Assembly (NCBI GenBank): GCA_028826165.1
Contig: JAPDFW010000057.1
Location: 496,001 to 560,000 of the forward strand
Source of the DNA: Anaeramoeba ignava BMAN
Lineage: Eukaryota; Protista; Anaeramoebae
DNA: 64,000 bases
Direction: 5' to 3'
Part shown: one piece after another, positions 1-12,400 of the stretch
Layout: each line of letters starts with the position of its first letter
Position numbering within the stretch: the first letter of the stretch is position 1
Notes under the pieces: generated by a model
The model's database searches: none
Told to the model about the DNA's origin: nothing
The model's input: the letters and a program-made list of their open reading frames with translations, nothing else
Translations under genes and position numbers: made by a program

Positions 1-43
1 AATAATTAAATTGAAAATAATAATAATTTTAAAATATTTATAC

Positions 44-74
44 TTAAATTTTGTTCTTTCTCTTGTTCAATCAT
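44..74 (-). CDS. Probable first exon (MIEQEKEQNL) of a divergent gene running off the left edge
   Basis: ATG at 74-72, GTATA donor at 43, minus-strand TCATTTT initiator repeats at 101-125. Too short to identify. Confidence 0.35.
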
Positions 75-304
75 TTAAAAAAAGAATAAAAAAGAATAAA
101 AAAGATGAAAAAAAAAATGAAAAATTAAAAGGAGAAAAAAAAATAAATTAAAAAATCTTTTTCTTTTTCTTTTTCTCCTTTTAAAAAAAAAATCAAACAA
201 ATCAAAAATAAATTTTTTTTTTCATTTTTTTCATTTTTCTCTTTCATTTTATTATTATTTTTATTATTATTTTCATTATTATTATTATTATTTTTATTAT
301 TATT

Positions 305-3300
305 ATGCAAAAAGTTAAAAATGAAGAAATAAATGAAGTTGAAAAACAAATTCAAAAAATTAGAGTTGAAATTGAAGAAATTTATCAAAAAGAAAAACAA
401 TTTTCAAATAATATTTCAATTTTTTCATCATTACAAACACAACTTTCAATTCTTCAACTTAGATTATTATCATTTGAAGAAGATTTAAGACAATTAATTA
501 AAAAAAATGAAAGTAAACATTTTCAAAATTGAATTTAATTTTGAATTTAATTTGAATTGATTTTAAATTGATTTGAATTGATTTGAATTTGAATTTAATT
601 TGAATTTAATTTTAATTTTAATTTTAATTTTAATTTTAATTTTAATTTTAATTTTAATTTTAATTTTAATTTTAATTTTAATTTTAATTTTAAATTTAAT
701 TTGAATTTAAATTTTAAATTTAAATTGATTTGAATTTTAAATTAATTTTAAATTGAATTTAATTTGATTTAAATTGAATTTAATTTTGAATTGAATTTGA
801 ATTTAATTTGAATTGATTTTATGATAAAAAATTAGATCACGATTCATCTCATAAAAAATCAAGCTCAAGAAAACATAAACAAAATTCTAGATCAAATCAA
901 AATCATAAAACAGATCATCATATTAATAGTAATGAAAAAAAAAGAACTAGAATTTCTTCTAGAAATTTACTTCCTGCTCTTCAAAGTAAATAAAATTTTT
1001 TTGTTATTATATTATATTATCTTTTATTTTATTGATAAAAAAAAAATAAAGATGTTTCTAATAATAGTAATCAACAAGAAAATGAAAATGAAAATGAAAT
1101 TGAAAATGAAAATGAAGTTGAAAATGAAGAAATGGAATATCAAGTAAATGAACTAAAATTTATTGGAAGAGATGATCAAATTATTAGATTAGCTCATGCA
1201 TTTTTTAAAAATATTGAAGCTCAAGAAAATTCTGCACATAAATTTATTCTTTGTTATTCTTGTCAAAATTATGGGATGGGAAAAACATTTTTTGCAAATC
1301 ATTTTCTTGAAAGACTTCGTGAAATAATCAAGGAATCTCAAGGAAAAAACTTACTTAGATTTACAAACATCGGCAAATTAATAAATGCTAGATATGTTTA
1401 TATTGATCTTCAAACAGCAATTACGGAAGGAAAAGTTAAATTTGATACATTTTTTATGAAGCAAATGCTTCAACAAATACCCGAATTGGAACAAGATTTT
1501 AAACCAGAGTTATTGCATTTTGAAACAGTTTTAGAAAATATGCAACAAGGAATATTTTTGCATATCGATAATTTAGATTCAATTATAAAAGTGAATAAAC
1601 ATGAAGAATTGAAGTAAAACAAAAACAAAAATCAAATCAAATCAAATCAAATCAAATCAAATCAAATCAAAATTATAAACTTAATATTAAATCCAAAGTA
1701 ACCAATTAGATCAATCATCTCGAATTTTTGATATTTTCTGGAGACAGCATTTAAAAAGACTTTTGAAAATCAAAAATTTATTCTTGCTTTGCTCATCTCA
1801 TTTGCCTGCATTCCAATTCTTAATAAACTTCCCTCCAAATAAAAGTGTCCCACCTTCTCGAACTTGCTCTTTGCAATTAAACCCTTTGAATAAAGAAGAT
1901 ATCAAACAAATTTTAGATTTGACTAAAATAAACAACCGCTACACATTATCATCGATAATGTTTGAACAAGAGGAACAAAAAAATAATTTTATTGAATATT
2001 TACACAAAAGCACAGGCGGAATTCCTTCTTTAATTTCGAATATCATTTCAACATTTATTACTTCCAAACACGCAAAATTCTCAAATCAAAAATCGATAGC
2101 AGAATTTTTCGATATTGAAATTTACGAAGGGTTTCTGAAGGAACAAAATAATATTCTTCAAAAATTATTTGCACCAACATCTCTGCAAGAGCATTATATC
2201 AATTCTTACATTCAACTCTTAATATCTGGGATATTTGGATATTGTCTCGAGCATTTAGTGGTTGAAATTGATTCCTCAAATATTTTCCTCATGTTTTTGA
2301 TCCAAAGTTTCTCTTTCTATTACACACACAGCACACCATCACCCAAAATATTATTTGGATTAGAGGATAGTGACAAATCCAAAAAGTCAAAGAGACCTCA
2401 ATTGTTCCAGATTATCACGCCGAGCTTCATGCTCAAATTCCTGAAAAACCAAGACTCGTTATTACTCAGAACAGCAACTCAATTGATTGAACTGTTCACT
2501 TTTCATCCCAAGTTTTCTATCGATGAAAAACATAATTTCTATGATGTTGTTCTGCGCAACACATTGATCCTCAGGCTTTCTGAGCCAGCAAGAATAGGAT
2601 CACATTGCCAATTCAAAAAATGGTCTGAATTATTTCCCTTTCTTATGAACACTCCCTTCGAATTCTCTCTTTATCAACCACTGAAATGCGAGTTTCTTCC
2701 AGTTGTAACAGAAGAACCAAAAGCAACCCAAAATTTCCTCAATTTCCAAGAATTTTATGATTCTTTGAAAACAGGCTATTTACATATTGATGATTTAAGT
2801 TTTCTTGTTGAATTATTTCAAGCTCGCACTAAAAACGAAATTGAAAGTGTTCTTGCTGTTCCAGAAAGTGATTTTGGTCTTGGAAATCTTTTCACAATAA
2901 GCTTCTATAACTCTGAATGGAAATTCCTCTCTTTTTTCACTCCAACAATTAAACCAAAAACAACTCTTACTTTGGATACGATCCAAATCACTCTCCAAAA
3001 TTATTCTTCTCTTCTCTCAAAAATTCAATCAAATCATATCAACCAAAAAATTCATGCTGTTATTGTATTTGTTTATCTCTTTCTTGATGAAAAAATACAA
3101 AATCATCTCAAAACCTCTGAGCAAAGTCCTCTTATCTTGTCTCCAAATACTACTTTCTCAGAAATATCAATTCCTCAAAATATTCATCTTGTGATTCTTG
3201 ATTCAAAAAATCTCAAAAATTTATTTGGAAAATTAAGTTTTCAATGTTTCCATTTACTTGAAGAAACAGATCCTTATAAAAAACAATTCCATAAAGCTAC

Positions 3301-3331
3301 ACTTTGTATTTGTTCACAATCCAAAATATAA
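305..3331 (+). CDS. P-loop NTPase with N-terminal coiled coil (STAND/Crinkler-NTPase-like). Exons 305-512, 836-985, 1052-1613, 1699-3331
   Basis: Three GT-AG introns join the ORFs in frame. Motifs: FIGRDDQI, Walker A QNYGMGKT, Walker B-like FLHIDNLD, and STGGIPSLI (GxP helical-domain motif). Confidence 0.7.
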
Positions 3332-3420
3332 ATATAAATATAAAACAAAAAACTAACAAAAACTAAAACAAAAATTTTTTTTCCGTTTTTTTTTTTCATT
3401 TTTTTTTCTTTTTCCAAATA

Positions 3421-6400
3421 ATGATCAATAAAACAAAATTTCCTTTTGAAATTTTTTTGCTTGTTAATTTAAACAAAATTCAAAATCAAAATTTTTCCAT
3501 TTCTTCAATTTTTTATTCTCCAAAAAATAGAACATATCCTTTAAAAATTTGGCAAGAAGAAATCCCAAATATATTTTATTATAAAAAATCTTTCCAAATC
3601 AACAAAAAGAAAAGAAAAGCAAGCAGGATTTACAATTTAAATTCAAATTTACTGTTAAATATCAAGATGGTTCAGAGAAAAAAAGTCTTGAATCACCAAT
3701 TTTTGAAATGAATGAAAATTTATCTGAAAAATCACACACTAATTTCCTATATTTTGAAAAACAAAATGATTATTCTTCACAACAATTTCGAGATGATATT
3801 TTTCTTGATTTTTTCGAACTTGGATTCAATGCCATTCAGAAAAAAACTGAAAAACTAGCTACTTTTTGTATTTTTATTTCATCATTAATTTCCAAAACTT
3901 TGCCAAGCCAACAATTAATTTTAAATTGGCTCGAAAATAACAAGCAGAAAATCTCTCAATATGAACAAATATTTGTGTCTCTAGTAATATTAAACCACAG
4001 TTACAACAAAGAAATTGCGAAATATTTCCTAATTCCAAAACAAAATCCTTTTCTATTAATGGAAGAATTAACTCTTATTGTTTTTAGTCTTTCTGAAAAG
4101 GAAAAACCAATAATTCAAGAATTCATCCAGACTTTTAAGTTCTCCTTCTCGAAATTTATCAACAATATCTCCGACGACGAATTTCCTCAAATAGTCCCTT
4201 ATACTTTTCTAATTTTGAAGTTGGATATCAATTTCGACTTTACAAAAATTCAAGTCGATAAATCATCTTTCAATACAATTTTCCATCTTCTTGATTTTGG
4301 ATTGAAAAACGAAAGCTTTTATCCCTTCATTGGGGAAAATTTTTTTAAATTGTTTTTTGGAAACAGTTTTCCTTCAAACCAACATTGGCTCAACTTTGTT
4401 AATCAACTTCTTTCAGATGAAAAAAAACTCATTCTAACAGAATTATTTGACAAATTAGAAATACCCAATTTTTTCAGCCTCTTCAAAAAAATCCAATTCT
4501 CAAATATTTCCAAATTTCTTGATTTCTGGAATTTATTTAATAACCGATTTAATGGATACTTGGAAATGAAAAAGAAAAGGAGCAAACATGAAAATAAATA
4601 TAATCTTATAGATATATCAAGTATTGATGACAAAGAGACAAACCAAATTCATAACATAATTATCCAGAATCTGGAAATGCAAGAATGGATTTATAATGAG
4701 AATCCTCAAACAATACTCAAAAGCTATTCAGATCAAAAACTCATCTCTCAGATTCAAAATTATCCAATCACTATAATTTCAAATAAACTTCTTTCATTGA
4801 TAAAGGATGCTTATCAAAAAGTCGATAAACAATTTATTTTGGATGAATCTGATATTATTCAGTTTATTCCTTTGAGGGAAATTCAAGAAGATGCATGGAG
4901 TAATTTTTTTGGATTTGATGCTTCTATGAAACATACTCTCGATCCAAATAAATCATTCACAAAGTTCATTTCAGAATTTCTCAAAAAAAATCAAAATCAA
5001 CTTGATAAATTAATAATCACTTTAAAATGGTTCATCAAATTAAAAAAGTTACTCACAAATCTGGAAAAGAAACATGCTCCTTTTTTGAAATTTATGGAAA
5101 AATTTTTGACAAGATTAACCCAATTCAGTTTCGGAATCAATACTGGAGATGTCACAATAAATGATTTCACAAATTTTTTAGTAATGAAAACAAAATACTC
5201 ACAACTTTTTAAGTTAATTTCGCACAAAAAAATCAATTTCCAAAATTCAGCAACGATGTACAATAAATTCATTTCACAATTTAAAAAGATTCAATTTGTG
5301 GAAGAATTTTTTCTTGGAATAATCTCGGAAATGCAGGAAATTAAACAAGAAATCAAAAAAGAAATTCAGGGTAAATTCAAGAAAGAAACAAGAAAAATGC
5401 TGAAAGGAAATGTTTTGCTTAAAGATGGCGATAAAAATGTTTCACTTCCTTTTTTTAAACTTCCAGATATAACTCTAGTTTATAACCGAAGCAAATTGAT
5501 CATATTTCAAAATATTTGCCGAAAACAAATCAAAAAATTCACTTCTGAAGAATATTTTTCTGTGGAAACCTTTTTCGAAAACATTTTCTCGCAAATTTCA
5601 AAAAAATGGGATCAAACTTGTTTATTATTCAAAGAAAGAAAAATTACCATTTTGAAATTAAACATGCTTTTCCCAATTAATCTTGATGACAATTTTATTC
5701 TCAACCAAATTAAATTCTTTGCTGATCCAGAATACAATTCTCAAATCAAAACCAAAAAGAAAAGAAAAAAAAACAGCAAATTCTTACAATTAGAGCAGGA
5801 AATGAAAAGATATTTGCTCATTAGAAAATTACGTTTGGATTTTCTAAGTTTTATCAAATTGTGCGAATTTATCTCTTTTGCAAAATGGGAAATTCCTTTT
5901 GATTTTAGAATATTTTTCGAAAAATGGGAAAAATCAAATCTTCGAACAGCAAATCAATTACGATTTCCTCAATCTGAAAACTTTTTTCAGAGTGCGATTT
6001 ATACACAGAATTTCTTTCAGAAATTAATCCCAATCAAATTGAAAGATAGCACATCCGATATCAAAGATGGTTCTAATTTAATTTATGACACAAACTTAAT
6101 CCAGTGGTTGTGCAAAAAAAAGAATCACAAGTTCTTTTCTTCATTAATTCCACCAGATGCCTCAGAAGATGAAAGACACCAACTGGCCATTTTCCATCTT
6201 AATAATTTGTGGGGAAGTGCAAGCAAACATTTCACAATGAAACATTTCGAGGTTAAAGTGGATTCGCTTATCCACAAAATTTGGAACGAAGAGATTATTC
6301 AACAATCAGATTTGTCAAAAATTCCGATTGATTTCTCTTTGATTCACAATATTCTTCCAGAAATGCACTATCTTTTGAAAACACCAAGAGATACCATCCA

Positions 6401-9400
6401 GATGAAAAGTAAAAGGAACATTAGCAAAATTTTCACTTCAGAATCTAAGCTCAGCTTTAAATCATCGCCTGAAAAAGAAAAAATATTCACTTGCAAAACG
6501 GGTAAATCTGATTTATTTTCATATGATGAATTATTCGAGTTTTATTACGGTCTAAATCTTTTCAATTCAAGTCAATATATGGTATATAAACAGAAAAACC
6601 TTGGAATGACCCAAAATATTCTGCAATTCAAATCCTATTTCCAACTTATTGATAAATGCACTAAGATCCTTTTTGATCTCATCTCATCTTCTCATATTGA
6701 ATACCAAAGAAACTTTGAAAAAACAATCACTCTCACACAAAAAGAGGATGCACAAAAAATCATGGAAGATTTCCAAAGCAAGCTTCTTCACGATTGGAAT
6801 CAGTGGAAATCATCCCTGAAATATTTCTTTACTCATTTCCACTATCTTTCTTTTTTTTCTACAGAACAAATTTTCTCAATAATCGCAATCGCAAATGATT
6901 TTATTCAAGAAAAGCAAAATTTAACTTTGGAACAAGACCAAATTTCCCAACTTTTGAAACTCTATTCCTCAGATTTAACTCTGGAAATAATAAACAATAA
7001 TTTCAAGTCTCAGACTGACGATGGAGTTGCCAAATATTTCAAATCTCTAAACGCAACTTTACAGCAATATTTCAATATTTCAAAAAGAATTATTTGTTTC
7101 AACGATGATTTGTTTAATTTTCCCAATTACAACCAGATGAAAAACTTCCTAGATGAGAAATTTAAAGCAAAAAACATAGAATTTGAACCAAAAATATTCC
7201 TTCATTTTACAAAAGAAGAGCCACAAGGTTATTTGGATATGTGCAAATTTTATTTTATTTTTTGTCACAAATTCCCATCAAGAGAACAAGTTCTAATTTG
7301 TGACAACCAAACAACAGAAGATGATATATCACACTTCTTCTCAATTTATCAGCTCTACAATTCAAATTCAAATTCAAATTCAAATTCAAATTCAAATTCA
7401 AATTCAAATTCAAATTCAAATTCAAATTCAAATTCAAATTCAAATTCAAATTCAAATTCAAATTCAAATTCAAATTCAAATTCAAATTCAAATTCAAATT
7501 CAAATTCAAATGAATTTCGCTTTCCTTTTTTGTTTTCTTTCGTTCATATACACCGAATTCAAATTCCGATTATCTGAAAGCAGAAAAAAAATTCTCTTTG
7601 CAAAAATAAATGAGAAAAATTCTCTTTGCAAAAATAAATGAGATCAATTTCGCAACAAAATTCCCTTTAATCATCTTTTGTTCTGGAGATGCAAATATTT
7701 GTGAAAATATATTGTTAGAAATGCATTCTTTTGAAAATCAGTCTCGAAATATTATAGAAATTAATGGAAAAGAAAATATTTTCGAAACATTTGACAAAAA
7801 TATTCTTCAGAATTTCTTTGCACAAAACGAATACTGTAACAGAATCAAAGTGTATGTTTCCGAATTTTCTGGTTCTGGCAAAACATTCCAAATTAGAAAG
7901 GATATTTATGAGCAAAACTTTAATAAAAACTTTAAATATCATCATGTCGTCATTTCATCACCAAACAAATTCAAAATTATTAAAACATTGGTTAATTTAT
8001 GTGGAAAAGAAAAAGAAAAAGAAAAAAGAAAAAAGAAAAAGAGGAAAATATTTATATTCATATTGAACTTCCTGATTTTGCGTATTCGCAAATATCTGAT
8101 TTCTTGTGGACTCTTTTGCTATGGGGATCAATTGAAACGAAAAGATCAATTCCTGAAAATATTTTTATATGGAATTTCCCTTCAAATGTCCATTTTATTT
8201 TCGAAATACCAAGTACAAGAGTGGAAGGTACAAAAAGTGGATTGATGTTTTTTTCTCCACTTCAATTTTTTAGGACAATAGAATGTGAAGTGAATTATGA
8301 GGCAATTTCTTTTTATTCATATATCCCAACAAATGAAGGGGAAATTGAAAGGAAAAGAAATACAGATCTATTTAAAGTTGCAAATTTATTGAATTTTTTC
8401 ACTCTCAAATTTTCTGAATTAAAAGGGAAAAAAATAGAGGAACGAAAAGCACTTTTTCTTAAAGAAAACGAAAATAGAAAAGCACTTTTTGAAATTAGCC
8501 AGGAACTCTTGGGATCCCATCTCAAACAAAAAATAACTTTCCGAATCTTATCAAATTTCTGGCAATTGCTGAAATCTCAACTTGATTCTTTAATTTCTCA
8601 CCCACTTCTTAACCCCGAAGAATCAATTAATTTATTTCAAAATCAACAAAAAGCAGAAAATTTCCATTACAAGTTCATAAAAGAATATTTACTTTCTTTT
8701 GTTAGAATAATTGCACCCACTTTTGATTCAACTCAAAAAATTAGGATGAACGAAATAGAGGATTTAGACAATTCTTCTTTTCAATTTCAAAAAATATTAT
8801 CCTGGAAAAAAAGAGTTCTTTATGGATTAATTGCAATATCAAAAATCAAGCCAAATTCTCATATTTTGGATAATAGTAATAATAATCTCGAAGGAATCCA
8901 TCTTTTGGCAGAAAATGCAAAAAAACTCAAACTCATTTTCGGAAAAGATATTTGCGAATCACTGGAAAAGCATGGATTAATATTCTCGGATTTACTCCCC
9001 AAAAATCCTTCCAATGAAGATTATAAGGAATTGTTTAAAATGCTTGCTTCATTTAATACCATAGATATAAATATTGGGAATTTATCAGAAATGTATGCAG
9101 AAAATGAGCCCAAATATCGTTTAACTTCAGAAAACTTATTGAAAATGATTTTTATCCAATACAAATTCTATGCTCATCTTCCTGTTATTTTGATTGGAAA
9201 AGTTGGAAGTGGAAAATTTTCCTTGATCACATATTTATGTAAGAAAATAATGCGCCAAAAATTACAAGTTATGCTTTTTCACGAAAGAGTAAAGAGGAAA
9301 GAAATTATCCATTTTGTGGAAAGTGCAGAAAATAAAGTCAATAAAAAAGACAAGTATTGCACTATTTTTTTCGATAGAATCCATTATGCATCAAAAAAAT

Positions 9401-12400
9401 GTTTAACTGTTTTAAAAGAGTTGTTTTCAGATCGGATGATAAATGGGAAATTGATCTCAAACAAAATAAATATTATTGGAGCTGCCTCAATTTCACCCCA
9501 ATTAGTAAACTTGGGAAATAATATTAGCAATATTAATGGAAATGATGAAAAAACAAATGAAATTACAAAAAACGAGTCAATAGCATATCAAGTCCATCCT
9601 TTTCCATATTCATTTTTTGATATTATTTATGATTTCTCACCCAAAAATAACGAAGAATACCATCTCTACATGCAGAAGATGGTAAAGATTTCCTTAGATA
9701 AATTATCTGATTCATCTTCATACATCAAGAATAAGAAAGAAAGCATCTTGGATTTATTAACTAAATTCCTGTTCATAACAGGGTCTTTCTTCTCTCACAA
9801 TTCTAAGGAGTTTTCTTTGAGAGATGTTGCCAAAATCATGAGAGTCTTCCAATGGATAAGCAAACAAAAAAAACAAGGATTATTCGTTTCAACAAAAAAT
9901 GAAGACGAAAAATATTTGGAGTTGTTTGCAATTTCCCTATTTGTTTGTTGTGGATCAAAACTTGAGAGGAAGCTCAGAAGTGAATATTTTGCAAAAATTG
10001 AAAAAGAACTTGTAGATTCAAAACGTTTAAATGCGGAAAACTTCAAAATTGATCCAATTATAGAAAGATCGGAAATGAAATTAATAGACTTGCTAGAAAT
10101 CAACTACGAAGAATGGAGTGCTGTAAATAGTAGATCATTAAGAGAGAATATGTTTTTAGTATTTATTTGCTGTTATACAAAAATCCCATTATTTCTAGTG
10201 AATGAAACAAATTCTTCAAGAAAATTTGCAGTTGAAATTCTATTAAAAAACTTGAAACCACACAGAAAAGAGAATTTTTTGGAAAAATATAAACTACAAC
10301 CCTTAGAACCTATTTATATGCAATGCTCTTCTTCAACAAAAGCATCAGAAATCACAAAAATATTTGAGCAAGCACGAAATAATGCTTCTTACTTCAATAA
10401 TAATCAAGTGATTTATGTTGTGATATTGGATAACGTTTCATTTCTCCAGTTAAGTCCAGATTTTCCAATGCAAATTTTAGAATTTGAATTAGAAAAAGCC
10501 AATAAAAAATTGATGAACCAGGCAAAATCATTGATTCAAAATAAAGAACCGTTCATTTCCATTCTGGGATTATCCGATTTTCAATTAGATCTCTCGACAT
10601 TAAATGGGGAAATTGTGTTCTGCTATCCCAAAAATACTTTCGATGAATTGAAAGAGATTGTTTTCCAAATTCTGAAATCATTTTATCCTCAAATACCAAA
10701 AAAATTTGCCAAGAAAATAACCCAAGTTTATATGCTTATTCGTGAAAATATTCCAAATGAGCGCAAAGATGCCAACAAATATTTTGGAAATGCTGATTTT
10801 TATTATTTGCTAAAAATGATTGGGTTCAATACTTTAAATGATCCAATTCTATACAAAAATTTACAAATGATTCGGAATGCCATTTACAGAAATTGTGGTC
10901 TCTATCCAGAATTGGTTGATCGTCTTCATTCCCAAATTTCAAGTATTCTGGAATTGGAATATTCAAAAGGAATTTTCTCTTTTACTTCTCTTCTGCGCCA
11001 AAACTTATCACTTTCAATACTTGATGAGGAAATGTTTCCGAGTGCAAAACTTGATACAAAAATGCTCCGATATCCAAATCATTTTTCAAGACATTTGCTG
11101 ATATTAATAAATCATGCGTCAAACATTCCATTAGTATTTTCAGAAATCAATGAAAAAAATTTTCTCTTCTTGAATAATTCATTATTTAGCGAAGAAAAAA
11201 GCGCAATTACTGTAATTCAAAAGCTGAAGAAAGTGCAAAAAGCGATCAATGAAGGGAAAGTGATTGTTTTATATCGCAATGAAGAGCTTTATCAACCTTT
11301 AGATGATGTTTTCAGTCAAAATTATATTCCAGAAAGTGGGAATCTTTTTGTTCGCATTTCATTTAGAAATATTGCTCAGACTATTCGAGTCAATCCAAAA
11401 TTCCGGATGATAATGCTTATCAATGACGCAAATTTCCTTGAAACGAGAACATGCGAATTTTTGGGTAAATTTGAGAAATACAGATTAAATCCTTATTATT
11501 TCGTTACTTCAAATGAGATTACCAAAATTGTGGAAAAGCAATTTTCAACTCTGCAAAAAATTGAAGAGTTTACAAATTATCGAATTAAAAGAGAGCAACT
11601 AATTGTTAATTACCATCCTGATTTGATTAAATCTTATGCGAAGAAATATGAGAAAAAACCGCAAAAACTACAGGATGCAGGCAAGTCGTGGATTGTATTT
11701 TGTAAGTTTGAGAAAATTGTCGAAATGATTGACGAGATTAGAAATGGAAATTCGGAAAAATTAAAAAAAGAATTCTTAGCAAATATTGTGAATGAATACC
11801 AAAAGTTGTTTTATCGGAATTTTTACAATTTTTTTGAAAAATTGGAATCGAAAGAAAAGACAAAATCAAAATTCAGAAGATTCAAAAAAAATTGGGTCAT
11901 TTTAACTTATTCTGCACAAAATTTAGCAGGGTTGGGGTTGGACAAGCAATATAAAGTCCTTGATTTAGATCTCTCCAATTTTGAAAATGCACAAAAATTG
12001 AAAAAATATTTAGCATCAAAATGGTACAATCAAATCCATGATAAAAAATTACTTCTTTGCATTCATTTCACGATTAATAAAATTAATGCAAGCGACATAT
12101 TCCAAGAAACAAAATATTTAATTGAAAAAATGCTGATCAAGCATTTTCTTAAGTACCAAAAGAATTATCAAATTGGACAAAAAGAAATGAATGAATCTTT
12201 CCAAAGAAAATACATGATTGAAAAGCATGGATGCTATGTTTTTTTCTTCATTCATCTGGCATCAAATGAAGGGTCTAATGATTTCTGGATTTGTTATGAA
12301 AATAACTGGAACTTTTATTATTTGGATGAGTTATATCCAGACTATCATTTTAGGTTCGATAAATTGAAGGTAAAAAAACCTTTTCTGAAAGAAATGAACG

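Noticed and set aside
3381-3387. TTCCGTT / TCGGAAA motif near some promoters (also 19689, 19741, 33990) as a Myb/M3-like element
   Set aside because: There are few instances with variable orientation and spacing, and it also occurs in introns (18495, 32819). It cannot be supported from one window.
9790-9810. HNS tripeptide as an intein C-terminus in the RNF213-like protein
   Set aside because: It lies directly before the conserved SLRDV AAA motif, and no Hint N-terminal block or insertion is visible. I saw no intein in the window.
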